Numbered from the stretch's first letter, positions 1 to 8,838 are shown. The stretch is DNA of 64,000 nt from Deltaproteobacteria bacterium (GCA_016709225.1 JADJEE010000012.1:2243630-2307629); one strand, 5' to 3'. Translations and numbers: made by a program. The notes: generated by a model not told the origin, from the letters alone.

Positions 1-621
1 GTGGCGGATGCGAGCGCCTGCATCGGTAAGCTCATCGGTGGCGACGAGTCGGGCGCGCGCGAGATCCAGGGCGCGGGTACCCTCGAGAATCCCGTCTATC
101 GCCACCTCACGGTGACCACCGGAGGCATCGCTGAATCGGCCGTGCGAGACCTCCCGCTCGATCCTCTGGGCATGCGAGTCGAGAATCGTACCCACGCCGA
201 GACGGTCACGGAGGAGGACGTCCACCCCGAGTTCGGTCTCGTCGGATACACGACGCTCTCGTCGACCGCCCAAGCCTGGGCGGACGTGTCGGTCGCAGCG
301 ACCTTGAGCGTCGACGGGCCCGGCGTGGGTGCAAACACGGTGTGCCTCACCGCCCGCCCGGCGGGTCTGCCCGAGTCGAGCTTCGTGCAGGATCACCTCC
401 TCGGTGCCCACGACGACGAGAACGCGGCACGATTCGGCCACTGGTGGGGCTCGCAGCTGAGCCTCAACTGCGACGACAAGTGGAGCTTGTTCCCGCTCGC
501 GCAGCGGCTGCCGCTGCCGTGCGCGGCCGAGCTGGCAGAGCAATCGGTGGGTTGGGAGTGCAAGTTCGACGAGTTGTGCGGCGCGACCGTGGGGACCTGC
601 ATCACACCCGAATCGGTGTGA
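1..621 (+). CDS. C-terminal fragment of a hypothetical protein (5' end lies outside the window); Cys-containing tail
   Basis: Open frame from base 1, stop at 619-621. Composition is protein-like with W/F/Y/C. No recognisable family. Confidence 0.35.
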   Translation: MADASACIGKLIGGDESGAREIQGAGTLENPVYRHLTVTTGGIAESAVRDLPLDPLGMRVENRTHAETVTEEDVHPEFGLVGYTTLSSTAQAWADVSVAATLSVDGPGVGANTVCLTARPAGLPESSFVQDHLLGAHDDENAARFGHWWGSQLSLNCDDKWSLFPLAQRLPLPCAAELAEQSVGWECKFDELCGATVGTCITPESV

Positions 622-718
622 CCCGCCCTCGGCGCTTGACATGCGTCGGCAGCGTGGCATCTTTAGACCAGCGGTCGAACCGATGGTTGCACCGCTGGTT
701 GAACAGGGACACGCAAGC

Positions 719-1894
719 ATGGACATCCTCATCGTCGGCACCGGCATTGCCGGGCCCACGCTGGCCTACTGGCTGCGGCGCGCGGGCCATCGGCCGACGC
801 TGGTCGAGCGCGCGCCGCAGCTGCGTACAGGCGGCTACCTGATCGACTTCTGGGGCGCCGGGTTCGAGGTCGCCGAGCGCATGGGCATCGTGCCGGAGCT
901 GATCCGGCGGGGCTATCGCGCGCGCGAGGTCCGGCAAGTGGATCGCGACGGCGCGCGCATCACCTCGATGAACCCCGAGGTGTTCGTGGGCTCGCAGTCG
1001 CGCTACGTGAGCCTGGCCCGCAGTGATCTCGCCGCTGTGGTGTACGACACGCTCGCGGGTGAGGTCGAGACGATCTTCGACGACACCGTGCGTGTGCTCG
1101 ATGACGACGGTCGTCGCGTGCACGTGGAGTTCGAGCGCACGACCGCAAGGGAGTTCGATCTGGTGGTGGGCGCCGATGGTCTACATTCCGCCGTGCGGCG
1201 GCTGGTGTTCGGCCCCCACGGCGACTTCGAGCGCTACCTCGGCTTCAAGATCGCCGCCTTCGACCTGGTCGGCTTCCGGCCGCGCGAGGAGTCGGTCGCG
1301 ACCCTCTACACCGAGGTCGGCCACCAGATCACGTCGTTCCCCATGCGCGACGACGCCACGATGATCGCGATCACCTTCATCGATGAGCGCCCCGAAGTGC
1401 CGGCGACGCGTGCGGAGCAGGAGGCGCTGCTGCGCTCGCGCCTCGCGGGTGCGGGCTGGCACGCGCCCGAGATCCTCGCGCAGATGTCGGCGGCGGAGGG
1501 CCTCTACATGGATCGCGTGAGCCAGATTCGCATGCCCGGGTGGTCGCGCGGTCGTGTGGTGCTGCTCGGTGATGCCGCCGCGTGTCCATCGCTGCTGTCG
1601 GGCCAGGGTTCGGCGCTCGCGATGGTCGAGGCCTACGTGCTGGCCTCGCAGCTGGCGCACGCGCCCGATCACGAGGCGGCCTTCGCCGGCTACGAGCAAC
1701 TGCTCGCGCCGCTGCTGCACTCGAAGCAACAGGCAGCCCAGCGGCTTGCGCTCGCGTTCGCCCCGAAGAACCGATTCCAGTTGTTCGTGCGCAACGGCGT
1801 GATGAAGCTGATGGGAGTACCGTGGGTCGCGAGGCTCGCCGCCGGCAAGAGCTTCAACGACGCCATCCGGCTGCCGCCGCCGCCCGACACGTGA
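719..1894 (+). CDS. FAD-dependent monooxygenase (aromatic-ring hydroxylase / UbiH-like)
   Basis: N-terminal dinucleotide-binding motif MDILIVGTGIAGPTLAYWL. DG..S motif (LVVGADGLHSAVRR). GD motif (VLLGDAAACPSLLSGQGSALAMVEA). ATG at 719 with upstream AGGGA; the track ORF (641) starts at an alternative codon. Confidence 0.85.
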   Translation: MDILIVGTGIAGPTLAYWLRRAGHRPTLVERAPQLRTGGYLIDFWGAGFEVAERMGIVPELIRRGYRAREVRQVDRDGARITSMNPEVFVGSQSRYVSLARSDLAAVVYDTLAGEVETIFDDTVRVLDDDGRRVHVEFERTTAREFDLVVGADGLHSAVRRLVFGPHGDFERYLGFKIAAFDLVGFRPREESVATLYTEVGHQITSFPMRDDATMIAITFIDERPEVPATRAEQEALLRSRLAGAGWHAPEILAQMSAAEGLYMDRVSQIRMPGWSRGRVVLLGDAAACPSLLSGQGSALAMVEAYVLASQLAHAPDHEAAFAGYEQLLAPLLHSKQQAAQRLALAFAPKNRFQLFVRNGVMKLMGVPWVARLAAGKSFNDAIRLPPPPDT

Positions 1895-1903
1895 CCACCG
1901 AAC

Positions 1904-2091
1904 ATGCCCCGACCGCGCTTCCACAAGCTTCCCCCCGAGCAGCAGCAAGAGATCGTGCGATCGTGTTCGGCGTGGGCCAGGCCATCGACACCTGGCTGCT
2001 CACGCAGGAGCTCGACGCCAAGTCGCTGCGAAAGTACGGCCCGATCTTGATCGGCATGTTCCGACGAACCCTGTCACCCGAGGAGCCCTGA
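1904..2091 (+). pseudogene. TetR-family regulator remnant: degenerate copy of 3465-4091 with a 436-bp internal deletion
   Basis: First 19 codons (MPRPRFHKLPPEQQQEIVR) match 3465-3521. Then the sequence jumps, across a gatcgtg microhomology, to the last ~43 codons (IVFG.GQA.DTWLLTQELDAKSLRKYGPILIGMFRRTLSPEEP) in another frame. The deletion is not a multiple of 3. Confidence 0.7.
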
Positions 2092-2092
2092 G

Positions 2093-2284
2093 ATGGACAT
2101 GTACGGCCACAAGCACTCGAACCTGCCGCAGAAGACGGTGATCGTCGCGATCGAGCTGGTGCTCCTCGGGATCGCAGGCCTCGTGCTGTTCGGCCCGCTG
2201 GGCGCCAGCATCCGCGCGGCACCAAGTGACACGACCGCCGAGTACCAGCCGGAGGCGATTGGAATTCTGCGTGGCTTCGGATGA
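2093..2284 (+). pseudogene. 5' fragment of an ICMT/DUF1295-like membrane protein (truncated duplicate of 4093-4770)
   Basis: First ~39 codons match 4093-4209 (MDMYGHKHS.LPQKTVIVAIELVLLGIAGLVLFGPLGAS) and keep RBS spacing. The sequence diverges after codon 39 and stops at 63 aa. The identity decay (boundary) with the intact copy is near 2212. Confidence 0.55.
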
Positions 2285-2352
2285 TTCCGGTCCCAGCCGC
2301 GGAGGTTCGCTTACGGCGGGGGCTTTTCTTTCGTAGGGTCGAGTCTTCGAGA

Positions 2353-2889
2353 TTACGGGCACTCGACCGTGTCGGTGACTTCGCAGTCGATCCCCCACGC
2401 GCTGAAGTCGGCGCAGTCGCTCGTGCCGAAGGGCTGTCCTTGGCAGGGCTCGAAGATCTCTCCGCGCAGGGTGCAGCGTAGGATTTCTCCGTAGCTCGTC
2501 ACGTCCGTGGTGCTCCAGGCCTGCACGTATAGGAAGCCGAAGCTGATGAGTAGGTCGGTACCGGAGCAGCCGATGTCGCAGTAGGACTCGGTCAGCTCGG
2601 AGACGTTGCCTTCGAGGGAGGACAGGAGTGCCTCGTGAATCGCACACTCGAGGTTCGGATCGACCGCCTCCTGGTTCGAGCCCGGATCGCGGGAGACCGG
2701 CTCGCAGGGCACAGGCGCGTCGCATCGCTCGAGCATCGACGCCGGCAGTGGGTCCCCCGTCGTCGTGTCCTCGCCCGTGTCCGAGGTTGCACCACCCGAA
2801 GCGCCCCCTTCGTCCTCGATCTGCTCCGGCCCACATCCGAGCGCCAACGTCCCGACAACAAGAGCCCCAACCAAGCCACGAATACCCAC
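2353..2889 (-). CDS. Cys-rich secreted lipoprotein, hypothetical
   Basis: Signal peptide with lipobox (LALGCG), 12 Cys, Thr/Asp-rich linker. Local GC (~62%) is below the window average. Confidence 0.6.
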   Translation of the reverse strand: MGIRGLVGALVVGTLALGCGPEQIEDEGGASGGATSDTGEDTTTGDPLPASMLERCDAPVPCEPVSRDPGSNQEAVDPNLECAIHEALLSSLEGNVSELTESYCDIGCSGTDLLISFGFLYVQAWSTTDVTSYGEILRCTLRGEIFEPCQGQPFGTSDCADFSAWGIDCEVTDTVECP

Positions 2890-2921
2890 GGCTGGGAGGC
2901 TAGCACAGCTCGGCCGGCGGA

Positions 2922-3050
2922 CTACTTCTCGAGTGACGCCGTCGCCAGCAGCGTGATCTCGATGCGCCGGTTCTTCTTCTTGCCGCGCGAATTCTTGTTG
3001 CCGTGGGCCAATCGAGTCACCTTGTGCCCAGCCTGGCTCAGCATATCCCT
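2922..3050 (-). pseudogene. OmpA-family C-terminal domain remnant (gene fragment)
   Basis: Last ~40 codons read ...LSQAGHKVTRLAHGNKNSRGKKKNRRIEITLL, matching the OmpA/MotB peptidoglycan-binding domain C-terminus (N.T..GR..NRRVEI). The rest of the domain is absent upstream. Confidence 0.4.
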
Positions 3051-3327
3051 GAGCGGCCGGCTCGGGCCAGACGACTTCGAGCCGTCTTCATGGAAGCAGT
3101 TTCGGGCAGCAAGTTTGACGGGCCCGTCCACAGGCCTGCCGGGCCAGCCGCGGTGGACATCGGGCCGAGGGCGCGCTGCACTGCGCGGCAAAGACTCGGT
3201 GATCGCGGCGCGCTCGTGCTGGCGCACGAGCAGCAACGCCGGGCCGCGGCTTGGGCCGCGGCTTGGCCCACCGCTGTGTCACGACGCCCTACGTTCCGCG
3301 TACGACCGCGCGCAGCGATGCGGTGGC

Positions 3328-3455
3328 AGAACCGATTCCAGTTGTTCATGCGCAACGGCGTGATGAAGCTGATGGGAGTACCGTGGGTCGCGAGGCTCGC
3401 CGCCGGCAAGAGCTTCATCGACGCCATCCGGCTGCCGCCGCCGCCCGACACGTGA
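3328..3455 (+). pseudogene. Duplicated 3' fragment of the FAD monooxygenase gene (copy of 1767-1894)
   Basis: Near-identical nucleotides encode NRFQLF(M/V)RNGVMKLMGVPWVARLAAGKSF(I/N)DAIRLPPPPDT. There is no monooxygenase body upstream of it. Confidence 0.6.
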
Positions 3456-3464
3456 CCACCGAAC

Positions 3465-4091
3465 ATGCCCCGACCGCGCTTCCACAAGCTTCCCCCCGAG
3501 CAGCAGCAAGAGATCGTGCGCGCAGCCCTCACAGAATTCTCCGAGCACGGCTTCAACGCCGCGTCGTTGAACCGCATCATCGACGCGGCCGGCATCTCCA
3601 AGGGGTCGATGTACTACTACTTCGACGGCAAGGAGGACCTCTACGGCCACGTGGTCCGCGTCGAGCTCGGGCGGCTCTTCGAGGCCTCCGGTCCGTTCCC
3701 GGTGCCCTCCGCCCGCGATGCCGCCAGCTTCTGGGCCACGCTCACGGAGTACTACGGCCGCATCATGGGCGCGCTCATGGCCTCGCCGGCCCTCGCCGCG
3801 CTCGCCCGTGGCTGGCTCGCGGCGTCGGCCAGCCCCGCGCTGCAGCAGGTCCAACGCGAGATGGAGTCGGCCGTGCTGCCGTGGTTCGAGCGGGTGCTGA
3901 CCGCCGGCCAGCGCGCCCGTGCCGTCCGCAAGGACATCCCGACCAGCCTCGCGATCGCGATCGTGTTCGGCATGGGCCAGGCCATGGACACCTGGCTGCT
4001 CACGCAGGAGCTCGACGCCAAGTCGCTGCGAAAGTACGGCCCGATCTTGATCGGCATGTTCCGACGAACCCTGTCACCCGAGGAGCCCTGA
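3465..4091 (+). CDS. TetR/AcrR-family transcriptional regulator
   Basis: N-terminal HTH (ALTEFSEHGFNAASLNRIIDAAGISKGSMYYYF). 208 aa. The stop overlaps the RBS (GGAG at 4082-4085) of the next gene. Confidence 0.9.
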   Translation: MPRPRFHKLPPEQQQEIVRAALTEFSEHGFNAASLNRIIDAAGISKGSMYYYFDGKEDLYGHVVRVELGRLFEASGPFPVPSARDAASFWATLTEYYGRIMGALMASPALAALARGWLAASASPALQQVQREMESAVLPWFERVLTAGQRARAVRKDIPTSLAIAIVFGMGQAMDTWLLTQELDAKSLRKYGPILIGMFRRTLSPEEP

Positions 4092-4092
4092 G

Positions 4093-4770
4093 ATGGACAT
4101 GTACGGCCACAAGCACTCGAGCCTGCCGCAGAAGACGGTGATCGTCGCGATCGAGCTGGTGCTCCTCGGGATCGCAGGCCTCGTGCTGTTCGGCCCGCTG
4201 GGCGCCAGCTTCCGCGCGTTCGGTGATTCGCCCCACCTCGGTCGCAACCTGACGCTGCTGGTCTTCGACATCGTGGTGTTCGCGCGCTACCTCGCGACGA
4301 TGTTCGTGTTCGTCGAGCGGCGGATCCCCTGGGACGAGGCATTCTCGATCCCGCTCGCGTTCGCGCTCTACCTGGTCGGCTTCCCCTTGCTCGCGAAGCC
4401 GGCGTCGACGGGCTTCGGTGCGCTCGAGCTGCTCGGGATCGGCCTGTTCGTCGGCGGATCGTTCATCAACACCTACGCCGAGTACCAGCGACGCCGCTTC
4501 AAGCGACGGCCACAGAACGCCGGCCAGCTCTACACGGGTGGATTGTTCGCCATCACGATGCACCCGAACTATTTCGGCGACCTGCTGTGGGTCGCCGGCT
4601 TCGCCTGCGTCACCCACAACGCCTTTGCCTGGCTCATCCCCGCGTTCCTGCTGGGATTCTTCTACTTCTACAACATCCCCAAGCTCGACGCCTACCTGCG
4701 CAGTCACTACGGCGCGGCGTTCACCGCCTACGCGCAGCGAACGAAGCGGCTGGTGCCGTTCGTGCTCTGA
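4093..4770 (+). CDS. Membrane protein of the DUF1295 / ICMT / steroid-5-alpha-reductase-like methyltransferase fold
   Basis: Multi-TM, 225 aa. The C-terminal motif (HPNYFGDLLWVAGFA) is typical of this family. 2 nt after the TetR stop, so translationally coupled. Confidence 0.75.
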   Translation: MDMYGHKHSSLPQKTVIVAIELVLLGIAGLVLFGPLGASFRAFGDSPHLGRNLTLLVFDIVVFARYLATMFVFVERRIPWDEAFSIPLAFALYLVGFPLLAKPASTGFGALELLGIGLFVGGSFINTYAEYQRRRFKRRPQNAGQLYTGGLFAITMHPNYFGDLLWVAGFACVTHNAFAWLIPAFLLGFFYFYNIPKLDAYLRSHYGAAFTAYAQRTKRLVPFVL

Positions 4771-4926
4771 CGGTGCTCTGCTTGGGTGATCCGTCACCTG
4801 TCGCCGCGGGCACCGTGTCACCGACCTCGACGAGGTTCTACGGGTGTGGCGAGTGACGGCGGTGCGAGGCACCTCGCCATCGACTCGTCGCTTGCCTCCG
4901 TCCTGATCTCCCGGCATCGTCGAGCG

Positions 4927-5511
4927 GTGGTTCGCACCTTCGCGTTGCTCGGCATCCTCATCGCCGCATGCGACCGCTCCGAGCCGTCGCCGGCCGGCCA
5001 CGACCCCGCGTCGACGCCGACGGCCGACGAGCCGTGCGCGCGGGACGAGGACTGTGTGTTCGCGAGCGGCTGCTGCACCGGCTGCTCGTTCTTCAGTGGC
5101 CGCACCGCGAGCGCGCGCATGAGATCCGCGAGCGAACAGGCCAGCGAAGATCGCAAGTGCTGGCTGCGCGGATGGTTCGAGGACTGCCCGCATGTCGACT
5201 GCGCCTCGCCGCCGCCGTGTCGCCTCGATCTCGGCCCGGCGTGCGTGGAGGGCCGTTGCCGACCCCGCGCGACCGGGGTCGTGGGCGACGCCAACGATCG
5301 CTGTCGGGCCGACGCCTGCGGCGAGCCACCGGCGTTCACCGGCTCCGACTGCGATGACTTCGCCCAGGCGGCGTACGAGCGCTGCGCGTGCCTCGACGGC
5401 GGCGGCCCCTGCCCGCCGGAGATCTGGCGCGGCCTGTGTGCGGACGCCAGCCGCTGCGTGGGAGACTCGCCAGGCGTCGCGGTGACGCGCGCGACCGCCG
5501 ACTGCCCGTGA
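4927..5511 (+). CDS. Cys-rich secreted lipoprotein, hypothetical
   Basis: GTG start before the signal (VVRTFALLGILIAAC), many paired Cys. The start is uncertain; the track ORF begins at 4786. Confidence 0.45.
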   Translation: MVRTFALLGILIAACDRSEPSPAGHDPASTPTADEPCARDEDCVFASGCCTGCSFFSGRTASARMRSASEQASEDRKCWLRGWFEDCPHVDCASPPPCRLDLGPACVEGRCRPRATGVVGDANDRCRADACGEPPAFTGSDCDDFAQAAYERCACLDGGGPCPPEIWRGLCADASRCVGDSPGVAVTRATADCP

Positions 5512-5586
5512 TCGATGACGCCACGACCATGTGTGCGACGCCGCGGCGGGTGCGGGACGCCGCCCACGCGGCGAATGGTCGCTCGT

Positions 5587-6939
5587 TCACTCCTCGAACG
5601 GGTTCGCGAACGCGGGGTCGAGGAGGAACTCGTCGTCGGTCATCGACTCGAGGAATGCGATGACGGCGTCGATCTCTTCGTCGGTCGCGGGGAATCCGCG
5701 CACCAGCCCCGACTTGAGCGGGCTGACCCGACCATCGCCGGCGTACGGGCCCGTCTCGGTCACGGTGCCACCCGCGGCGTAGTGGTCGAGCACGTCGCGG
5801 AGCGTCGCCTTGCTGCCGTCGTGCATGTACGGCCCGGTCACCGCGATGTTGCGCAGCGACGGGGGCCGGAACAACCCGCGATGGTCTGGATCGAAGGTCA
5901 CCTCGAAGAGGCCCTGATCGTACGGCGGATAGCTGCCGTCGCCACCGACGTTGTAGAGCCCGTTGTTGAAGAACGGATACTGGATCGACCCCGGGTCGGA
6001 GTCCGCGTCGCGGTACGACGTGGTGAGGTTGATGCCATTGTGGCAGTGGAAGCACTCGAAGCGCTCGCCGAAGAACAGCGTCATGCCCTGGCGCTGCTGC
6101 TCGGTCAGCGCGTCGTGGTCACCGGCCACGAAGCGATCGTAGGGGCTGCGACCCGGGATCATCGTGCGACAGAAGCTCGCGAGCGCGAACACGATCTTGT
6201 TGACGGTCGCGCCCGACTCGCTCTCGGGGAACGCGGCCGCGAACATCGCTGCGTACATCGGATCGTCGTCGAAGCGCGCGAGCACCTCGGCCTCGTTGCC
6301 ATCGTTGATCCCCAGCTCGACCGGATTGTCGTTGCGTAGCGGCACCTGCAGCTGGTCCTCGAGCTCGAGCAGCACGTTGCTCGCCCACGTGAACGTCGTG
6401 CGATACGCGACCATGCCGAGCGCCTGGCTGTTGCGCTCGAGCACAGTACCGGTCGAGCCGCTCGGCGTCGTCTCGGGGTCTGCAAATCCCAGCTCTTGGA
6501 AGTGGCAGTCGGCGCACGACTGCTCGAGGTTTCCCGACAGGCGACGGTCGTAGAACAGATGCCGCCCGAGCTCGATCTTCTCGGCCGTGAGCGGATTGAA
6601 CTCGGGAATGTAGGGGGTCTCGAGGTGATCCGGCAGCCGCAGCAGCTCGCGAACGGGATCGACCGGGACGCCGCCGCTCGACGAATCGGCGGCGCCCGTG
6701 TCGGTCGGCACACCCGTGTCGTCGCTGCTGCCGCTCGTGCTCGTGCTCGTGCTCGTTCCGGTGCCCGTGCTGCCGCCGCTGCTGCTGCTCGCACTGGCGT
6801 GCTCACCCGCGCCGCTGGGCGACGAGCATCCGATCGACGCGCACAGCGCGAGCGCAAGCGACGTTGCCGCCCGCGCCCGCGGCCGCTCTGCCTCACTGGG
6901 CAGCGAACACCGCATCTTGATCCGCCGCCGAAACGCCAT
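5587..6939 (-). CDS. Di-heme cytochrome c peroxidase of the MauG/MbnH type (MXAN_0977-family di-heme enzyme)
   Basis: Two CxxCH motifs (CADCH, CFHCH). Signal peptide with lipobox (LALALCASIGCSS) after a Thr/Ser-rich linker. Start at ATG 6939; an alternative ATG is at 6915. Confidence 0.85.
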   Translation of the reverse strand: MAFRRRIKMRCSLPSEAERPRARAATSLALALCASIGCSSPSGAGEHASASSSSGGSTGTGTSTSTSTSGSSDDTGVPTDTGAADSSSGGVPVDPVRELLRLPDHLETPYIPEFNPLTAEKIELGRHLFYDRRLSGNLEQSCADCHFQELGFADPETTPSGSTGTVLERNSQALGMVAYRTTFTWASNVLLELEDQLQVPLRNDNPVELGINDGNEAEVLARFDDDPMYAAMFAAAFPESESGATVNKIVFALASFCRTMIPGRSPYDRFVAGDHDALTEQQRQGMTLFFGERFECFHCHNGINLTTSYRDADSDPGSIQYPFFNNGLYNVGGDGSYPPYDQGLFEVTFDPDHRGLFRPPSLRNIAVTGPYMHDGSKATLRDVLDHYAAGGTVTETGPYAGDGRVSPLKSGLVRGFPATDEEIDAVIAFLESMTDDEFLLDPAFANPFEE

Positions 6940-8014
6940 CGTCGATGTCGACGCCGAACGAGGCAAAGATGGTCCCACAGTGCGGCTGCATCGGCGACGA
7001 GTGACACTCGACGCCGGGCCCCTCGCCGATGATTTCGAACGTCTTGGGGTCATAGATCGGCGCGAGGAAGTCCACCCCCTCGAGCGCGCGCCCGAGGTCG
7101 ACCGCGACCACACCGGTCGCGAGATCGAACCCGTCGAGGTCGACCTTCGGTGTGTTCAAGAATCCGCACGCGTCTTGGTTCTCGAGCGCGAGCTCGCCAT
7201 CCCCCGCGCAATCGGTGCTCCCGATGTGCAGGTAGCCGCCGCCCGCGACCGCCTCGGGGTCCTCCACGGAGAAGTTGAACACGAAGTGGCGGTAGCCGGT
7301 CGCCCACGACCAGTACATCTCGCCCAGCGGCGACGGAGCCGCCTCCGCGCTCGTGGTGTTGATGAGATCCTTCATCACGGCCTGCGGCACACCGACGTCG
7401 AAGCTGATCCGCGTCACGTCCGCGACCTGCGTCATGCCGGTGATCACGTCGTTCTCGCGCGCGGTGCCTTCGGCGAAGGCAATCGCGGAGGCTTCGCAAT
7501 CGCCTTCGGTGTTGCTGGTGAGATCGATGAGCGAGACCTGTCCGGCATCACTCGTGTACTGGAAGTCGTTGACGTCGAGCTCGACGGTCACCTCGCTGCC
7601 GTCGGCGGCGTACATGTGCAGGTTGCTGATGTAGAACCGCAGATCCGCTGGGCTCGCGGTGTGCTCGCCGTCGGGGCCGAGCCCGGTGATCGTGCTGCCG
7701 CAACCGACCTCTTCGCCGTTGGCGACCGCCGCGAACCGCAGGCTGAACGGCGCGAGCGCCTCGCCGGTCGTGCTTCCGCCGGAGCTGTCGAGCCCGGTCG
7801 GGTCGGTATCGCTCGTCGCCGTGGTGGCGCTGGTGGTGGTGGCGGTCGGGTCTGTCGTGGTCGTCGATGCGGTGGTCGCCGAGGTGCTCGACATCGTCGG
7901 ATCGCCGGTCGAGCCGTCGGCGTTCGTCGAAGTCTCCGCGTCGTCGCCACCGCAAGCGCCGAGGACCGCAGCAAACAAAAGGGTGGGCGCGAGTGTCCGG
8001 CAGTCCATCGTCAT
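6893..8014 (-). CDS. Four-Cys partner lipoprotein of the metallo-mystery pair (MbnP-like)
   Basis: Lipobox (LLFAAVLGACGG), long Thr-rich linker, conserved Cys/His/Met/Trp-rich domain. Immediately upstream of the di-heme peroxidase and overlapping it by 47 nt (23 nt with the 6915 start). This is the partner-then-peroxidase order seen in mbnPH-type pairs. Confidence 0.7.
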   Translation of the reverse strand: MTMDCRTLAPTLLFAAVLGACGGDDAETSTNADGSTGDPTMSSTSATTASTTTTDPTATTTSATTATSDTDPTGLDSSGGSTTGEALAPFSLRFAAVANGEEVGCGSTITGLGPDGEHTASPADLRFYISNLHMYAADGSEVTVELDVNDFQYTSDAGQVSLIDLTSNTEGDCEASAIAFAEGTARENDVITGMTQVADVTRISFDVGVPQAVMKDLINTTSAEAAPSPLGEMYWSWATGYRHFVFNFSVEDPEAVAGGGYLHIGSTDCAGDGELALENQDACGFLNTPKVDLDGFDLATGVVAVDLGRALEGVDFLAPIYDPKTFEIIGEGPGVECHSSPMQPHCGTIFASFGVDIDDGVSAADQDAVFAAQ

Positions 8015-8296
8015 GTGTCGCGACGCTAGCCAGGCCGACCGCGCGCCGCCAGCGAGAATGGGGGGGCGCGAAAATTCGCCACATGCCTGGTGCCGCGTAG
8101 GCTCGAGTCGCGCATTGGGCATCGCAGGTGTTCCGCGAGGTGTTCAAGACTTGGCCAGCGCCGCCGGAGGGTCGCGGTGGCTGCGATGCCGTCGCGAACA
8201 GCGATGCCTCCCGCGTGACAGATCCGCAACGGGCATTCTCCGCCGCGTGCGCTAACCTCGGCGGAGGTCCGCCTCCGACGGGCAGCGGGTAGGATC

Positions 8297-8787
8297 ATGC
8301 GAAGGACCCTCAAGTTCCTGCACGAGGTCGGCAGCGCGGGGCTCATGGGCGCCGTCGCGGCCCAGGCAATCCTGTCGTTCGCCGCCGACGGTCGCGGGCC
8401 GCTCGAGTACGCGGCGATGCGCCACGCGATCTTGCTGGTCTCCCAGTGGCTGCTGGTCCCGTCCCTGCTGGTCGTGCTCGTCAGCGGGCTCGCCGCGATC
8501 GCAGCCCACCACCCGTTCCAGAACGCCGGCTGGGCGTGGATGAAGCCGCCACCACCTTGCTGGTGCTCGAGGGCACGCTGGTCGCCCTGTCGGGCCCCGC
8601 ACAGGGGGCCGCGGTGGTCTCGGCCCGGATCGCCGCCGGTGAACCGGCCGACGCCGAGGAGCTCGCCGACTTCGTCCGTCACGAGCGCGGCGGCCTCGCG
8701 ATGATCGCGTTGCTGTCGATCGTCAACATCGCGCTGGCGGTGTGGCGCCCTCGATTCAAGCGAAGGACGCCGCCGCCGCCGGAGTGA
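8297..8787 (+). pseudogene. Small integral membrane protein carrying an apparent +1 frameshift near 8500-8530
   Basis: The frame from ATG 8297 (RBS GGGTAGGA) gives two TM helices to ...HHPFQNAGWAWMK. The +1 frame then continues as ...TTLLVLEGTLVALSGPAQGAAVVSA...MIALLSIVNIALAVW to a stop at 8787. Either a true frameshift or a sequencing indel. Confidence 0.4.
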
Positions 8788-8838
8788 GTCCGTCGTCGAT
8801 CGCGGCGCAGCTTGGTCTCGACCCGAAGGTGCCGTGCC

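Noticed and set aside
2300-2345. Possible intrinsic terminator (GC-rich segment followed by cttttctttc) after the truncated membrane-protein stub
   Set aside because: I could not find a convincing stem; at most 4-5 bp pair. Left unannotated.
5515-6339. 274-aa + ORF
   Set aside because: Antisense of the di-heme peroxidase gene, whose CxxCH motifs establish the true strand.
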